A model generated the notes under the pieces. It searched no databases, was not told the origin of the DNA, and saw nothing but the letters and a program-made list of their open reading frames with translations. 64,000 bases of DNA from Podarcis melisellensis (Eukaryota), in the NCBI GenBank assembly GCA_964234715.1, contig OZ174280.1. The stretch is one strand, 5' to 3'. Numbering within the stretch: the stretch's first letter is position 1; every line of letters begins with the position of its first letter. A program made the translations under genes and the position numbers. Below, in pieces: positions 35,928 through 49,477 of the stretch.

Positions 35928-37425
35928 CTAGAAGCAGAGAATAGTGAATTAGTAGAGAAGATTCAAATGAGTTGATTTTGAACAGAAGTGGGAAAGTGGG
36001 TCAATACTAGTGTGAAGGCTATAAAATGGGATGGTCATTATCAGCAATGCCATGGCAAAATGCAAAATCTGTATTACGATGAGTATTCAACCATATTCTA
36101 CACAGCAAGTTGGAATAACTTCAATAATGGAGAAAAAAAGTATGCCGCTTAAGTATACTCTTGTCATTCCCAAACCTCAAGCACTTCTTTGATGGAGTAA
36201 GTTTCGCCCAAACAACCAAGTTAGCAACACCTGTACATTTACTGCACAGTAAAGAATTATGCAGAGTCCCTTAATTAAATAAGACTTAATGCATATTTGC
36301 AGATCACAACAAGAATTGCTATTTTAACAGCTAAGGCTAGAAACATGGATAATTAATGCCAAAATGCCTGCTAGATCATCAAATGACCCGAAGAGCAACA
36401 TAGGTATTAATGGTATTCAAATAATGCAGCTTAAAGTAATCAATTGTGTATGTTGAAAGAGATAAGATTAAATCATGTACTGTCATTACAGGTTATCAGT
36501 TATGGCCAGAGAAGTGATTTTTCATCACTCAGAAAATTTTTGAAAGCTCAATATGTGAAAAATCACTTTTAGCAACTGGGATGCAAGCTTCATCAAGAGA
36601 TTGCTTGCTTGATTAAAGTAAGTTCTGTATGCCCATGACTTGTTTCTATAGTTTGAGATCCTAGTCATCAGTAAAGCTGCACATGAAGTTGCAGTGAGGA
36701 AGGCATGCTTTTTTTTTTTTAATTCATCGCCTCCACAAATAAGCAATCCATTTTTACCCATGAAAAGTGAAGTTAGGGTTGATTAATGGGGCTGCTGCAT
36801 TGTAGCTGCCACTTAACTCAGTCATTAGCATTTCAAGCAAGTTGTCTGCGGTATCTGGTCATGTGGGAGGAAAACATCTGCTAAAGATGCACAACTTTGA
36901 GTGGCTGTAGATATATTGTAGAATCTTTGCTGATTAATTCATTGCTACAGTCAGTGTTCTACATGGTTTTAGCTGCTATACTGTTTATTTAAAACAGTGA
37001 ACATAATACAAAGTCAATTAGACTTACTTTTTTTGGGGGGGGGATGAAAATAGCCTTTTTGAAACCAACCCAAATTCTTAGAATTAACATTTTAGTTCTG
37101 ACAGGTGACAAACACACATAAAATGGCTTGTTCTGAGGCTGAGCAGAGAAATACAGATGTACAACAAAACAATCATGAATGAGAGATTACTGAACTTAAG
37201 TGAATAATACAAACCACTTCAGCTCAGGCAAACAAGGCTGCCAACTGTGGTCAACTTCTTCTACAAATATGCATTATTGAAGGCAAAGGGAGGGAACTGA
37301 GGCAAACCAATGTGGAACTGTATGCCTCCACCAGTGTACTCCTGAAAGATCAGATGGGTTTCACACAACATAGTATATGTAGGTTATTAAAGTATGGGGA
37401 ATTTAAACGAGGGTTGTTTTTTTAC

Positions 37426-37642
37426 CGGAGTCCAGAGGGTTGACTAGCTCCTTCTACAAGATGAATACTATCCACAAAACTGGGTATGTCAACAGCATTT
37501 AATGAAGAGGCAATGCTTGCTTGACTCCTGTTCTTCTCAGTGTTCATAGAAATATTGATGTCTTCATTGGATATTTCAACATCATCTTGTTTCACATGCT
37601 CATTTTTATTTTCCAAAGTAGCATTCCACATCAAGCTAGCAC
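37426..37642 (-). CDS. STIL: STIL coding exon (GASLMWN...SIASSLNAVDIPSF)
   Basis: 217 nt, phases 1/2. Confidence 0.93.
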
Positions 37643-38392
37643 CTAAAGTAAAACAGGAAGAAAGCCTTGGTTGAATTTAGCTAGGCTGGTGGCACCACTC
37701 TCTGTCTCTGCATGTATTGTGTATTCTATCCCAGTCCCAGATGTCCATCAACTTCATGCGTTATAGCAAATCACTGGTACAGCTTGTTGCAATTACTAGC
37801 AGTTTGTTAATGTGACACTCAGTGTTTAAGTAACTGAAAATGACAAATATTAGCAGTCCTCTCATGGGCAGTTTCACAACATGATGAGCTTGTGCATTTC
37901 ATACAAATTTGGTAATCTTGATAATACCAGTTTTGGACTCTAGCAGCAGCCATCAAAACAAAAGTAGTTGAAGTCACAACACACTGAAGTGTGATTTGAG
38001 GCTGTGACTATCACATTAGTAACTTCTCTTTAGCAAGACAAGATCCACTGCACAAAAAAACCCCCCACAACTTTAACATTTGAACACTGCTGTGAGCAAA
38101 CCAACTCAATCACATTAATTATTCCACAAAATTTACAGTCTTTCAAGCAATTAATATTCAGTTCTCAGTCATACTATACTGTATTGGAATCTACCATGAT
38201 ACAACAGTCTGGGTACAGGACTCAAGTTTGTTAGCAGAGTGGATCAAATAGGAAGACAGCACAACACGACTGGATCAAATAGGAAGACAGCAGAGTAGAC
38301 TCTGAACAGCTAAAATGGCACCCATGTCAGGTATTTTTCCACTGCTGAGTTATACCAGTGTAACTTCAATAAGGTGTACAATAAACCAATAC

Positions 38393-38555
38393 CTGTGCTC
38401 ACTGCAATGCTGACACTTTTCTTCATGTGTAACCCTGTGGATGATTGGGTTTCCATGGCAACAAATTCTAGTTGCTTCTCAGACTGTATGCTACTGTTTG
38501 CTATAGTTTTGGTTGAACAGGGCTGAAGAGTTTGTGCTTCTAAAAGCCGCTGAAT
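38393..38555 (-). CDS. STIL: STIL coding exon (IQRLLEAQ...[10 protein letters not shown])
   Basis: 163 nt; second half of the coiled coil. Confidence 0.95.
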
Positions 38556-39103
38556 CTGTAACCATGTAAGATCAGTGTTAATTATACTGCCAAGATAATA
38601 AAAGTGGGAGAAGTAATTAGTAAATATCACTGTCATATCAATTTGTCTCTTATGAATACAGAACTATTCTTTCTTTAAGATGATTAAAGGCAGCATCTTT
38701 AAGTCCTCTTTATATAAAAATGCAACACTGCTAACTGTAGAACGGAGAAAAGCACATATTGCTATTAAAACAGTTGAGTTTCATTAATTAAAACCCAGTT
38801 GGTTTCTATTCTGCACTGAACTTAATTCCAAACAACTTAATGGCTCACTAAATTGACTAGTAAACCAGCCAGCTTAATTCTGAAAGCATAGCTAACGAGC
38901 TATGTGAAACTGTTAAAAGACATAAGTATTAACCCACAACATATTTCTACTAGGCTCTGAAGAGGCCACTTATTAACAGAGAAGTACACAAGACCAAAGT
39001 TGTAATCTGATAATATCATAAGTACCATGAGTGTAAAGACCATGTTCCTGTGATGAACCTAGTAATTTCTAAGCATGTACACAATAGATTTAACCCAACA
39101 AAC

Positions 39104-40168
39104 CTGAGCTTGTAGCAGTTTGATCTGCTTATCTTGTTCAGCAAGAATTTTGTAAACATCTGAAGGTAAGTTCATTATTCCATTATTGGGTCCCAACTTT
39201 GATGCATGAGTGTGCACACAAGCCGGATACACTGCTTGTGATTGTGCACTGCCAGGGTCTGAAGAACTCTTTACTGTAGCTGACATGTCATCATTATGGG
39301 GGCAAAACTTCCCCACTATCCCATGATGGCCAAGGTTCATAGGGCTACTTGTGGGACACACTGGGTTGCAGCAAGCATCTATATATTCTGTATTGTGATG
39401 AAACATTAATTGTGTACTCTCCTGGGAACTACTTGACTGGATTTCAGGTGTGTGACCGGAACCCACTGTAGACATCCCTTGCCAAACATTTGTTGGACTG
39501 TATTGCATATGGTCACGTAACTGGCAGCTGCAGACACAATGGGGACAGCAAGGTGAGCTCTGAGATGGTATCCGAAGTTCCATGGGTCTTCTCATGTGTG
39601 GAGATGACAAAGCACAGCTGTGCCAGGAAGGCTGGGAAACTAAATGAGATTGTTTAGAGTTAGATCCTGAGGGTCCATTAAAAGGAAGCTCTCCTTTGCT
39701 TTGTGTAGGCTCATTATTTGCCAAATGTTGTTCTGGTGTTCCAAGCTGGTGGGAAGAGGTGTTGGGAGAGAACCCGCTACAAGGAGTTGAAGGAGAAGAA
39801 GAGGAAGAAGACCCAGAGCTCTTTCTCGCTTGAGACCCAACTACACCACAGTTGGACTGCTGTTGTAGTGGAGGTTTCTTTCCATTGGAAGATTTTAAAA
39901 CTGAATTTCTCTGCTTTATCTGGTTTGGTAACTGCCTTGGAGAAGGCTCTCGGGCACAGAAACCCAAGCTTTGTTTCCCAGAATCACAGCTCTGAAGTTG
40001 GTGGGGTGGATGCCCAATGGAACATGCCATCTTAGCAGGTTGATGTCCCAATGAAGGTTGGGTTTTTTTATCCATCACCATGACATTTTTGGATGTTGAC
40101 ATAGATTCTGTAGAGATGCCATCAAACACAATAGACAGTTCAGGAACCGAAGGCTGGATCTCTGTCAT
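39104..40168 (-). CDS. STIL: STIL large central exon (IQPSVPELS...YKILAEQDKQIKLLQAQ)
   Basis: 1065 nt, phase 0/0; start of the PLK4-binding coiled coil. Confidence 0.96.
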
Positions 40169-41025
40169 CTGGAAACGAGGACAATATAAACTTAAAATAC
40201 GTGTTGATCTATGCATTTCTTATGTTACCAATTTAATTGGAATGTTCCTCCCCCACCTGAGAAACTGTTGTAGCAGCTTCCACTACACTATGGAGAAAGA
40301 AGAAAGCAGACATCACTATGTAAGTCATACCCCATTGTAAAGGAAACCTCCTTCTACCAGGAGACCTTTAATAAGATATTATCCCAAGTCCTGCCAAAAT
40401 AGGAGTCCTTGTGCCATGTTAATAGAACCTCAAATATTGATACTATACATGTACTGTAGGCAGATGCACAGGTGCAAGTGTTTCAAATGGAAAGAAAAAG
40501 CTATTGCAGAAAAACACTGTTTCTATTTTGTCAAAGTGCATAGAAGTCTCTCTATAAAAACACTACCAGCACAGTTATTGTCTACATCAAGAGACAGTCA
40601 TTGGTTCCATCTTTAGCTTAGGAAGCAGAAAAATTGAAGGCAATCAACATTTGCATTCTTAAGAAGCCTATCTGTACAGCTCAACCATTATTTCTTCTCC
40701 CTCCTTCAATGTGCTTTTAGAGGACCTCCCTAGTAAATTAAGTCAAACAATGGGGCTATGGGTCAGCTGGTTTATTTGGTCTACATGCTTCCCACAGTAG
40801 AATATGAAGTCTCCTTAAGAGGTTTCTTTATAAGGTTAATCTGAAACATGTACTTGCAGCAATAAAGGGTTAACAGCACCACAGCACAACCTGGTGGTAA
40901 GAGCATGGAATACAACTATCCCGGCAGCACTGATGCAGAAGCTGAGTGCTTAAGAATTCCTACCAACTACACAAAAGTACTGATATTTTCTCTAAAAACT
41001 TGAAGATACTAAATCTTGGAGATAC

Positions 41026-41137
41026 CTGCTGACTCACTGGGTGAGGACGGGGAAATGGTCTTGGGGATGCATCCTCTTCCACCCCAGAGTCATGATCACT
41101 AACAGAAAGTTTACTAGCTGAGGAACCTTGTGATGGG
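41026..41137 (-). CDS. STIL: STIL coding exon with DSG degron-like motif and PRxxPxP CPAP-binding motif
   Basis: [24 protein letters not shown]; donor at 41026 (GTATCT) or in-frame alternative at 41038 (GTGAGT). Confidence 0.9.
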
Positions 41138-41256
41138 CTAAAAAAAAAAAATTAAAATCCAGTTGTGAGTTTTGTATTACATAGAAAATGTTTTGATTGC
41201 ATAATAGAAAACAAAAATGTCTGATTAAATGCATAAGTATTTGAAAAAGGTCTCAC

Positions 41257-41366
41257 CTGCTAAAGGAAACATTCTTTGAAATTTTACTGAAGAACTCCAC
41301 TTCTGCATTTTTATTTTCTGAACTTAGTTCAAATTGAATATGGTATTTATCTGATGGCTCCACGTT
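41257..41366 (-). CDS. STIL: STIL coding exon (NVEPSDKYHIQFELSSE...)
   Basis: 110 nt, cag|, |GTGAG. Confidence 0.95.
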
Positions 41367-41575
41367 CTGAAATGAAGTAGATGTAGTCAGTAAGCTCCAT
41401 TTAACAATTACCACACAACTTATCCTAATCAAAGTCATGTAAGAACTCTTCAAACAAACCCTAGTGCTGGTGCTACCTTCCTGCTTCCTGTGAGTTTTTA
41501 TATTCAGGGGACCCTGGACTGGAGTAAAGATCAATGTTAAACAGGCAGGTACTTAGTAGAGGTTAAGAGCCTGAG

Positions 41576-41822
41576 CAGTGGTTTCTAATTGGTGGTCTGC
41601 AGACATCTGTGGCACATACCCATCAACTATCCAGGACATCCCATTTGGGGACTGTGGTCTTACATGGGTCATGTGACTCACATGGGAGCACAGCCCAGAA
41701 GACACATGTTTGGTCTTCTGGGACATGTTGGTGCTGGGACAACATTTTCAAAAGTGGGGGGTCCATGCCTTGGCTTCTGAAAAACAGGGGGTACACAGTA
41801 CTTAGCTGATTGAGAACCACTG
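41576..41822. mobile_element. hAT-type MITE, degenerate
   Basis: TIR cagtggtttctaa / ttgagaaccactg; TSD decayed. Confidence 0.55.
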
Positions 41823-42229
41823 AGGTAGAGGATCATTGGATACAGCAAATCCTCAGCTATAGCACCAGATCTAGTGTACACAAGTATTTTGGCACACAGA
41901 GAAATGAGCAATAATTCCCAAAGGGAATCTGCCTGCTAGAACAAGCTTACCACATTCACAGTCCTGAACAAAAAGCATGGGTAGAGATATTGGAGTACTT
42001 ATTTGCTTCCTAGTCCAATGAGGCTGTTCTCACTATAAACTCCTGATTGTTGCTTTAAAGCCATGCCAGTACCTGACCTACACTTGACATCACATATGAC
42101 TTCAGGGATGGGGAATGGTTAGTCAGGAATGGCTTGCTGGGCCAACTTTGTCCCTGTGATAAACAACCGTTGACAAGCACCCCCTTGTAGCTGCACAGCC
42201 AACTTAAGTAGGGAAATCAAGCAACTTAC

Positions 42230-42377
42230 TTTGAAGCAACGTAATGTTTCTTTGCTTGTAAGTAGCTGGAAACCTAATTTAGTATGTCCACCACAAGGAA
42301 GGCATTCATAGAACTCTGGATCTTTATGCGTCAGAGAATAAAGAATTACAAGGAAACTTCCTGATTCTGAAAGTACC
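42230..42377 (-). CDS. STIL: STIL coding exon ([25 protein letters not shown]...)
   Basis: 148 nt, phases 2/0. Confidence 0.95.
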
Positions 42378-43140
42378 CTGAAGAAAATAAATTAAAATAC
42401 ACTCATTAAACAGAAACAATAAATAAAAAAATCATTTGGCAATGTGATGTACTGAATTCAAAGGAAATAAATATTTTTTTAATACTGAATTCAAATGGTA
42501 AAGCTTAATATAACAAATGCCATCAGATCACCTACAAGAACAGGAAGCAAAGAGGGTAGTTCATATTTCAAATATAATTCAGCAATTGTGCTTTGTTGTT
42601 AAACTAAGTCCAGTTCATATATCTTCAGCAAGTTGCCCAGCTCACTAACTGAAAATCATATTGCTCACTTAGTTCTGGGGAGCATGTAATTCTGTTGTAG
42701 AAGCTATAAGGGCTAGCAGGTACAACTGTTTCCAATTCACAACCCAGGCTCAATTGATAGTGCTGCTGATCATCTTTGAATGGTTTGAGTCAGGTTATCT
42801 TAAACATTATCTCTTCCTACATTAATCTACTTAGATCTGACTGGGACAATCAAGCAATCTCCTGCTCCCTGATTTGTCCTGCTCTCTGATTTGTTTAATC
42901 TCTCTCTCGCACACCCATTCTCTGTGGTTTCTGCTCCAAAATGGCTGCCACCGACCAGCAAAGTACAAAAAACCCAAGATGTAAAGAAGTTGTTTGGATA
43001 AGTGAATCTGTGGGGCATATAGTGAGGTTTGGCCATAACTCTAAATGTGGATAAATGATTTTTTGATAGCGAGCTTGCAGGTGGTGGGACCTGTGTGTAC
43101 TTATCATTTATTGAGAAAAGTTCATTTTAATTATTATCAC

Positions 43141-43227
43141 CTTTCTTGAATTGAAGAGTTGAATAAGTAGTGCAGGCTGCAAGTCCAGACTTGCGGACTG
43201 TTGATGTGAGAGACTCCGCTCAACCAA
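43141..43227 (-). CDS. STIL: STIL coding exon ([29 protein letters not shown])
   Basis: 87 nt, phases 2/2. Confidence 0.95.
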
Positions 43228-43425
43228 CTAAAGGAAGAAAAAAATAGGTTTGATGCTACAAGCCAGTGCATTCTCATGTAGCATATATATTTTACTCAAA
43301 CTGAGTTATCCAGTTTAAGATTAATATTTCTGCAGTACATATTAAAACATTCTGCTTTTCTGGACAATGCCAAGCTCAAAGAAAGAAAAACAGAGGAAAG
43401 GTTCATACTTCATCTAAATACTTAC

Positions 43426-43509
43426 ATGCCAATCAGTGGCAAAGTAGAAGCTTTGGGATCAGATTCAAGAACTAGCAGTAGTTTTCTGGTCTGGTCCATT
43501 GTAAGATAG
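43426..43509 (-). CDS. STIL: STIL coding exon ([27 protein letters not shown])
   Basis: 84 nt, phases 2/2. Confidence 0.96.
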
Positions 43510-44729
43510 CTGTAAATAAAAAAAAAAATCCAAACTGTTTGAAAACCTGTCTCAGTCACTTGAGTCAACAAAAAGCTAGCCTTAAAAAAACCCCATAAAA
43601 TCCTTCTGAGGATTACATTTTTCATTGGTCACAATCAGGCATGTTACTGATGCAGGGAACTTGTGAAATACTTTTAAAATATTGGTTGTATCCAATGGTG
43701 CCCTTGTGCTAGAAAAAGTGCTTCTGCAAAGGAGGACACCTGATTTTCACTGACCCATCCTACACAATAAAGCCCCCTGTGCCTTCTCCCACCAATGTTC
43801 TGTGGATTTAAAGGACCCTCAGCATAGGGTTGCAATTGATAGAAAGGGGATTGGTGAAAATACGGTGTCTTGTGGAAGCGCTTCCACTATCTTAAAACCA
43901 TTTTATATCCACAGTGTAATACTAGAACTTAACACACAAGACATCTCTTATAATGATACACAAAACTATAGGTGGTATGTTCTGACATGTGTGTCAAGGA
44001 AAACCTGATTTCTAATACCAGAGTAGGCACACAAATTCAACTTTTGACTTATATATCAATTGAAAGAAATAACTGAACTTGTTTGTATAGCACCAGCTTT
44101 AATTTCAAAATCCAATAGAAACTAAGAGTCCTCTGTGTAGGCCAATGCTTACACTAGAGCTGTTGAGAAGTCTTCCGCGAGGTGGAGACACAATGTGTAA
44201 AAGCTGCATTTCATGTGACTTATTAAGTGTATTTTTCCCACTGTGTGGAGTTTCAATACCAGTCACATACTATACTGACCGGCAAACTGTTCACAGGGTA
44301 ACAGGCAATTTACACAGTAGACAATATTAGTGTGTTACAGACACTGTCTTAAGCTGCATTTTCAGCAGCTTCCACATGACAATAAATAAATCCATTCATG
44401 CTAGGCCAGTAATTTAAAGTGAGATGTAGAAGGTTGCATCAGTTAATAATACAAAGGAGAGTCCGTGTAATACAGCACAGTTTAGCTGTGACTGATGAAA
44501 AGAGTCTATAAATAGTGCTAGATCATTATATTCAAAACAAAGAAACTCCCCTAGCCCTAGTCAATTATATAGAAAACCTGGAAATCATACTGGATGATTT
44601 AAAGAGACTGGAAGCTACTTTCCAAGACTCCTTAGAAATTATGCATTGATATATCTTACTCCAAGACCAAATGAAACAATACAGACAACTGAAATTTGCC
44701 AAAGTGACTAGCAATGAAGCTTAACATAC

Positions 44730-44977
44730 CCACATTTGCAGGTACCCTGGACTTGTGTAATGCTCATGTGGCTGCTCAGATTTCTAGCAAGAGCTGTAGG
44801 AATTATTGGAACAGAATTCACAGGAGTGTATTTTAAGGCATTGGCAAATGTAACAGCTGCCCAGTGAAAGTCAAAGTTTAGGTTGTCCATATCTTCTGTG
44901 GAATAAATGTGAACTCTTAAAGTCAGCAATTTCGAAGGTTCCAAAGAATCTTGACTGTTCAAATTCTGTTGCAGTAT
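44730..44977 (-). CDS. STIL: STIL coding exon (FHWAAVT...[14 protein letters not shown]...QGTCKCG)
   Basis: 248 nt, phases 0/2. Confidence 0.96.
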
Positions 44978-45404
44978 CTATAGGGGAAAATTATGTCTGG
45001 ATTAGTCTCAGACACAAGCATGTTAGAAGGGTTTGTACAAAGTTTAAGAAGAGTAATGGCATTCTTTTTAGGCTAGGCATCTAAACTTCTGAAAAGAAAC
45101 TTAGCTGGTCAGAGCTGTGATATATGGAGATTATTTTATTTCCCCTCTCCTATAAGAGTGCTCCAGAGAAAAAGATGTGAGAGAGTGAAAACAGAAATAA
45201 ACAGAAGGGAATGTTAAAGAAAAACAGTTGCCCTTTCCAAACTTATACTGAATAAAAAAGCTACACCCAGATACAGCTTTTCATGTCTAAGCACCTACCA
45301 CTGTCCGGGACAAACTGAGAACAGCCAATGGATATTAACATAGAAAGGCAGCAGCTATTCAATAAACAACCTTTGTGTTAAAATAAGGGTCCCAAGTTTC
45401 TTAC

Positions 45405-45592
45405 CTTAAAAGCCAAGCTGAAATCTTCAGAATTGTGCACTATGACATCACCTGATGAAAATCCCCAAGCACTAACAGTACATGGAATCAAAAAATCTCC
45501 AGGAAGCGATGCTGTTGGTATTTTCCCCAAGCCACCAGTTACTTCACGACCCGGATCAAAACGATCTATTGTTAGTGATACACCTTCACCAT
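45405..45592 (-). CDS. STIL: STIL coding exon ([15 protein letters not shown]...[13 protein letters not shown])
   Basis: 188 nt, phases 1/0. Confidence 0.96.
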
Positions 45593-46410
45593 CTGTGCCA
45601 GAGAAGTTAGGCAAGTTAGAATACATTCTATGAAGATGGCTCACTGATCCCAAATTTCACCAAGGCTTAAAACAAGACTGTTAGACTTATCCAGCACTAT
45701 GATGCTCACTCACATTTCAAGGTTCCCACAAACCCTGCCCAAAGTAATTAGACAGCTGTAATTTTGATGAAGTCTTATTTAAGTGATAGTCAATATTTGC
45801 ATACAGCAGGTTGCTGGTTCAACATTTCCAGTTAAAAGGACATAAGGTAGCAGAACAGAAGATATTTTCCTGAGGTTACAAAGTCACTGCCAGTTACAAT
45901 AGACTAGTAGACCATTGAGTTAACACTGTAAACAGGTTTGCATGTACTTAAAGTAACACAAACATCAAAATGCACAGTTCAGTGAAATAGTCATCAACAT
46001 TCCATCACTGTACAGTGCAACCTCAGTTGTCGAACGTAATCTCTAGTTGAAAGGATCTCAAGCAGCAGGGTTGGGAAAGTCACCTCAGACCTTGAAGAGC
46101 CATTGCCCATCAGGAGAGACAATATTTAGATAGAACATGTGTAACCAAGAGGGTCCCCCACCCCCAATATTGTTGGATTACCAACATTGTGAGTGCCAAG
46201 GGACATTGGAAGTTGTAGTCCAGCAACATCTGGAGAAAGCAATGCTGATTCCACTGGCCTAGAAGGATCAATAGCCCAACAATGTAAGGCGGGCTCATGT
46301 TTACACCCCTTGGTATCATTCACAAAATAATCATGTTATAAAGACACACTGCTGTAAGGCTTATTTGTTGAGTCAAATAGAATGGCAATGGCCTCTAACA
46401 AGATACCTAC

Positions 46411-46526
46411 CTTCATCTACTGCAAGATTTCCAATCAGAAAACATGTGAAGGGTTTTCTTCTACTTTGCCTAGCATGACGATGGGTCAGTCGCAGTGTTT
46501 TCTCATGCATTATCAGTTTAGGATTT
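46411..46526 (-). CDS. STIL: STIL coding exon (NPKLIMHEKTLRLTHRHARQ...CFLIGNLAVDE)
   Basis: 116 nt, phases 2/1; not in the ORF track, read manually. Confidence 0.94.
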
Positions 46527-47129
46527 CTGAAGAAACACAAATTAAAGTTTCAGTACTTGAGTTTACTAATTCTAAGTATACGAAGACTGATAGTTATCTC
46601 AAAGAATAATTCACTACTGCCACAAAATACAAATGATCCAGGTTACAAAAAAAAAAAAGGAAAGCAAAGAGAAGCACCTTGAAAAAGTTGCTTAGGTTTG
46701 AAATTGTTCATTTATGTGTTATTAGTCCAAAAGCAACCATGATGCATTGTAATTATTTTTATTAATTTTCCCAAGCTCAAATTTTGGATTTATTTTACTA
46801 CATAGAAAATAGTTGAGTCAATCAGTTCTGAGTTGTTTATTGATTTAAAAAAACCATTACACTTCACTAAAAATTTTCTTGCTCCATGTATGGCAGAAAA
46901 ATCAACTATGTCACTCTTGTGCCACATTACAGAAAGCACAAACTACAGTATTAGCTGTGGCTTCTTAGGGACACCTTTTTCTCCGCCCTAAGTACAATTT
47001 GTACTTGCCCAATGTCTTTTCTTGGGGTGCTGTATGATTTGTTGTTCCAATGGGTAAAATTGAAGGAAAGCAGTTACTGGCAAAACTTTAATAAAAGCTT
47101 CCTTACAGTACAAAATTGTTCAAACATGG

Positions 47130-47263
47130 AACAGACCGCATATGGAGGCACTGGGCTTCCCTTTACTGGAAGTATATAAGCAGCAAGGTAGTCATCCACC
47201 TGTCAATAATACTGCTGCTGCATCCTGCATTAAACAGGACTTGGACTAGATGACCTCCATGGT
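47130..47263 (+). mobile_element. CR1 3' end
   Basis: tccctttactggaagt...aagcag...cctgcatt...ttggactagatgacctc. Confidence 0.6.
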
Positions 47264-47361
47264 ATTATAACAATTGGATTCAGAGTTGGAGGAAGAGTTA
47301 TTGATAGATGAGTAAACAGTTCAGGGCAAGAAAAACTCTTAATCTATATGAGACTCCATAC

Positions 47362-47466
47362 CTATAACACAGGTGAGAGACAATGCTTTCTCCAACAGGA
47401 GCTGGATTCCAAAGTGCACATTTTGATGCAGGAAAGCTGAAAGGCACCATTTTCCCCAAAACACCT
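47362..47466 (-). CDS. STIL: STIL coding exon ([21 protein letters not shown])
   Basis: 105 nt, phases 2/2; matches STIL N-terminal [10 protein letters not shown] motif. Confidence 0.95.
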   Translation of the reverse strand, partial: RCFGENGAFQLSCIKMCTLESSSCWRKHCLSPVL

Positions 47467-48455
47467 CTGAAAAGACATACAAATTTACTACTTTTTATTT
47501 GGGTACAGTTGGAGATAAGCAGAAGACAAGTTTACCAAATTCTCCCAAAATAAAATAATAATAAGAAGAAGAATTTATTATTTATATCCCACCCATCTGG
47601 CTGGACTTCCCCAGCTTCCAACAAAATATTAAAACACAGTAATCCATCAAACATTAAAAGTTTCCCTAAACATGGTAGGAGTGTGCTCCTTTAAGATGGA
47701 AAATGTAGGTTTTTCATATTCTCTTTAAATATATGTATTGCAAAGCAGCGGGTGGTATTCACCTAACCTTTATGCAGAGTAGACCTCCTGAAATGGCTCT
47801 AAATTAGTTATGTGCATTAATTTCAATTGGTTTACTCTGACTTAATTGAATACCACCCATTAACTACTTTTATGGTATTTTGCAAAAGAAGCCATTTCAA
47901 ACAGAACACTTTCAGCTTAATTCAACCCAGTTGTAAGCAGTGCTGAATGTTTCATACACAAACTCAACTTAAAACTCCAGGGCATACTAGGACTCTTTTT
48001 AAAGAATCATTCAAAGGCTGAGGAAATCAAATAGGTCCTCAAAAACAGTGCAATGGGAAAAAGCTTTGGACAATTCTGCTCCTTTTTTGTGGGGTGGAGG
48101 GTTGTGTTTGCCTTATTTTACTTTACAAGTTACCTGAGGGGAGCTTTATTTTTCTTTAAACACTATGTTTAAGTAGTGCAGCGCTCTCATGCTGTCTTCC
48201 ACACTAGCAACAATTCCTGAGTTGCCCACATGGTCATGTCAGGAAATGCTGCCAGGCTGGGAGCTAACTTGCAGAGAGCTCTGGACTGCTACGAGTGCAT
48301 GCAAGGCTTTAAACACATGTGGCACAGTCAATGAATATCAATATGATTATCTCAAGGAAAACAGCCCACACCTCTGGTTTTCCCAAGCAACAGTGGCAAA
48401 CTGGTGTAGTAGAGGGGAAAGGAGGAGGGAGTACACCAGCAAGTAATATCAACTA

Positions 48456-48693
48456 CAGTGGTACCTCTGGATGCGAACGGGATCTGTTCCAGAGCCCCGT
48501 TCGCATCCTGAGCAGAACGCAACCCACGTCTGCGCATGTTATGATTCACCGCTTCTGTGAATGACATAATTTTGAGCACCTGCACATGCATGAGCGGCGA
48601 AACCCAGAAGTAACCCATTCTGTTACTTCTGGGTCACTGGAACACAACCTGAAAACGCTCAACCTGAAGCTACTTCAACGCGAGGTATGACTG
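48456..48693. mobile_element. Tc1/pogo-type MITE
   Basis: CAGTGGTACCTC...CGAGGTATGACTG, TA flanks. Confidence 0.8.
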
Positions 48694-48901
48694 TATCAGG
48701 AATAAACATGCACCAGATACATATGACTGTTACACACATAAACAAAGCCAAGCTACTGGAACATATCATGTTGTCCTGGGTTCCTTAGATGGTAGGGCAG
48801 AACCTAACTTTAAAAAATAAAAATAAAATAAATATCAGTGACACATTTAGGACTGAACTGTTATAATTAACAAGCAGTGATACAATTTCTAGCTATCCAT
48901 A

Positions 48902-49248
48902 CAGTGGTGCCTCGCAAGACGAAATGAATTCGTTCCGTGAGACTCTTCGTATAGCGGTTTTTTCGTCTTGCGAAGCAAGCCCACTGACAGTTTAGCGGAT
49001 TAGCGCTATTAGCGGTTTAGCGGCTTTTAGCGATCAGCTGTTAAGCGGCTTATCAGCGGATCAGCTGATAAGCGGCTTAGGAAAAGGGGGGGGGAGGGAA
49101 AAAACCCCGAAGGAACTCGCAAGACTTTTTTGTCTTGCGAAGCAAGCCCATAGGGAAATTTGTTTTGTGAAGCGCCTCCAAAACGGAAAACCCTTTCGTC
49201 TCGCGGGTTTTCCGTCTTGTGAGGCGTTCGTCTTGCGGGGCACCACTG
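48902..49248. mobile_element. Tc1/pogo-type MITE with internal TTAGCGG-type repeats
   Basis: TIR CAGTGGTGCCTCGCAAGACGAA / TTCGTCTTGCGGGGCACCACTG, TA flanks, CpG-rich. Confidence 0.88.
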
Positions 49249-49442
49249 TACTTTTCAACGTCTTCAGGGTACTCTGTTCTATTTGCCTTTATAGTGACTG
49301 AGTCAGAATCAGGGCCTCAGGAAATAAACATAAAAACACCTGAACAAATAGGAAATGCTGCTGACGTGTGACTTGGATCCCTCATGTGACAGGCTGTAAA
49401 TCATATTCATATTGAAAGAGATAAAAATTTCTGCAATAATAC

Positions 49443-49477
49443 CTTTGGTTTTGAGACACAGGTGAAATTAGTTCCAT
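49443..49477 (-). CDS. STIL: STIL first coding segment (MELISPVSQNQR); exon spans 49443-49511
   Basis: ttttctcag| acceptor, ATG at 49477, phase-2 donor matching the next exon. Total CDS 3951 nt (~1316 aa). Confidence 0.8.

Noticed and set aside
48990-49082. Telomere-like or CRISPR-like repeat array
   Set aside because: Degenerate short units inside a TIR element, not TTAGGG, and no repeat-spacer structure.
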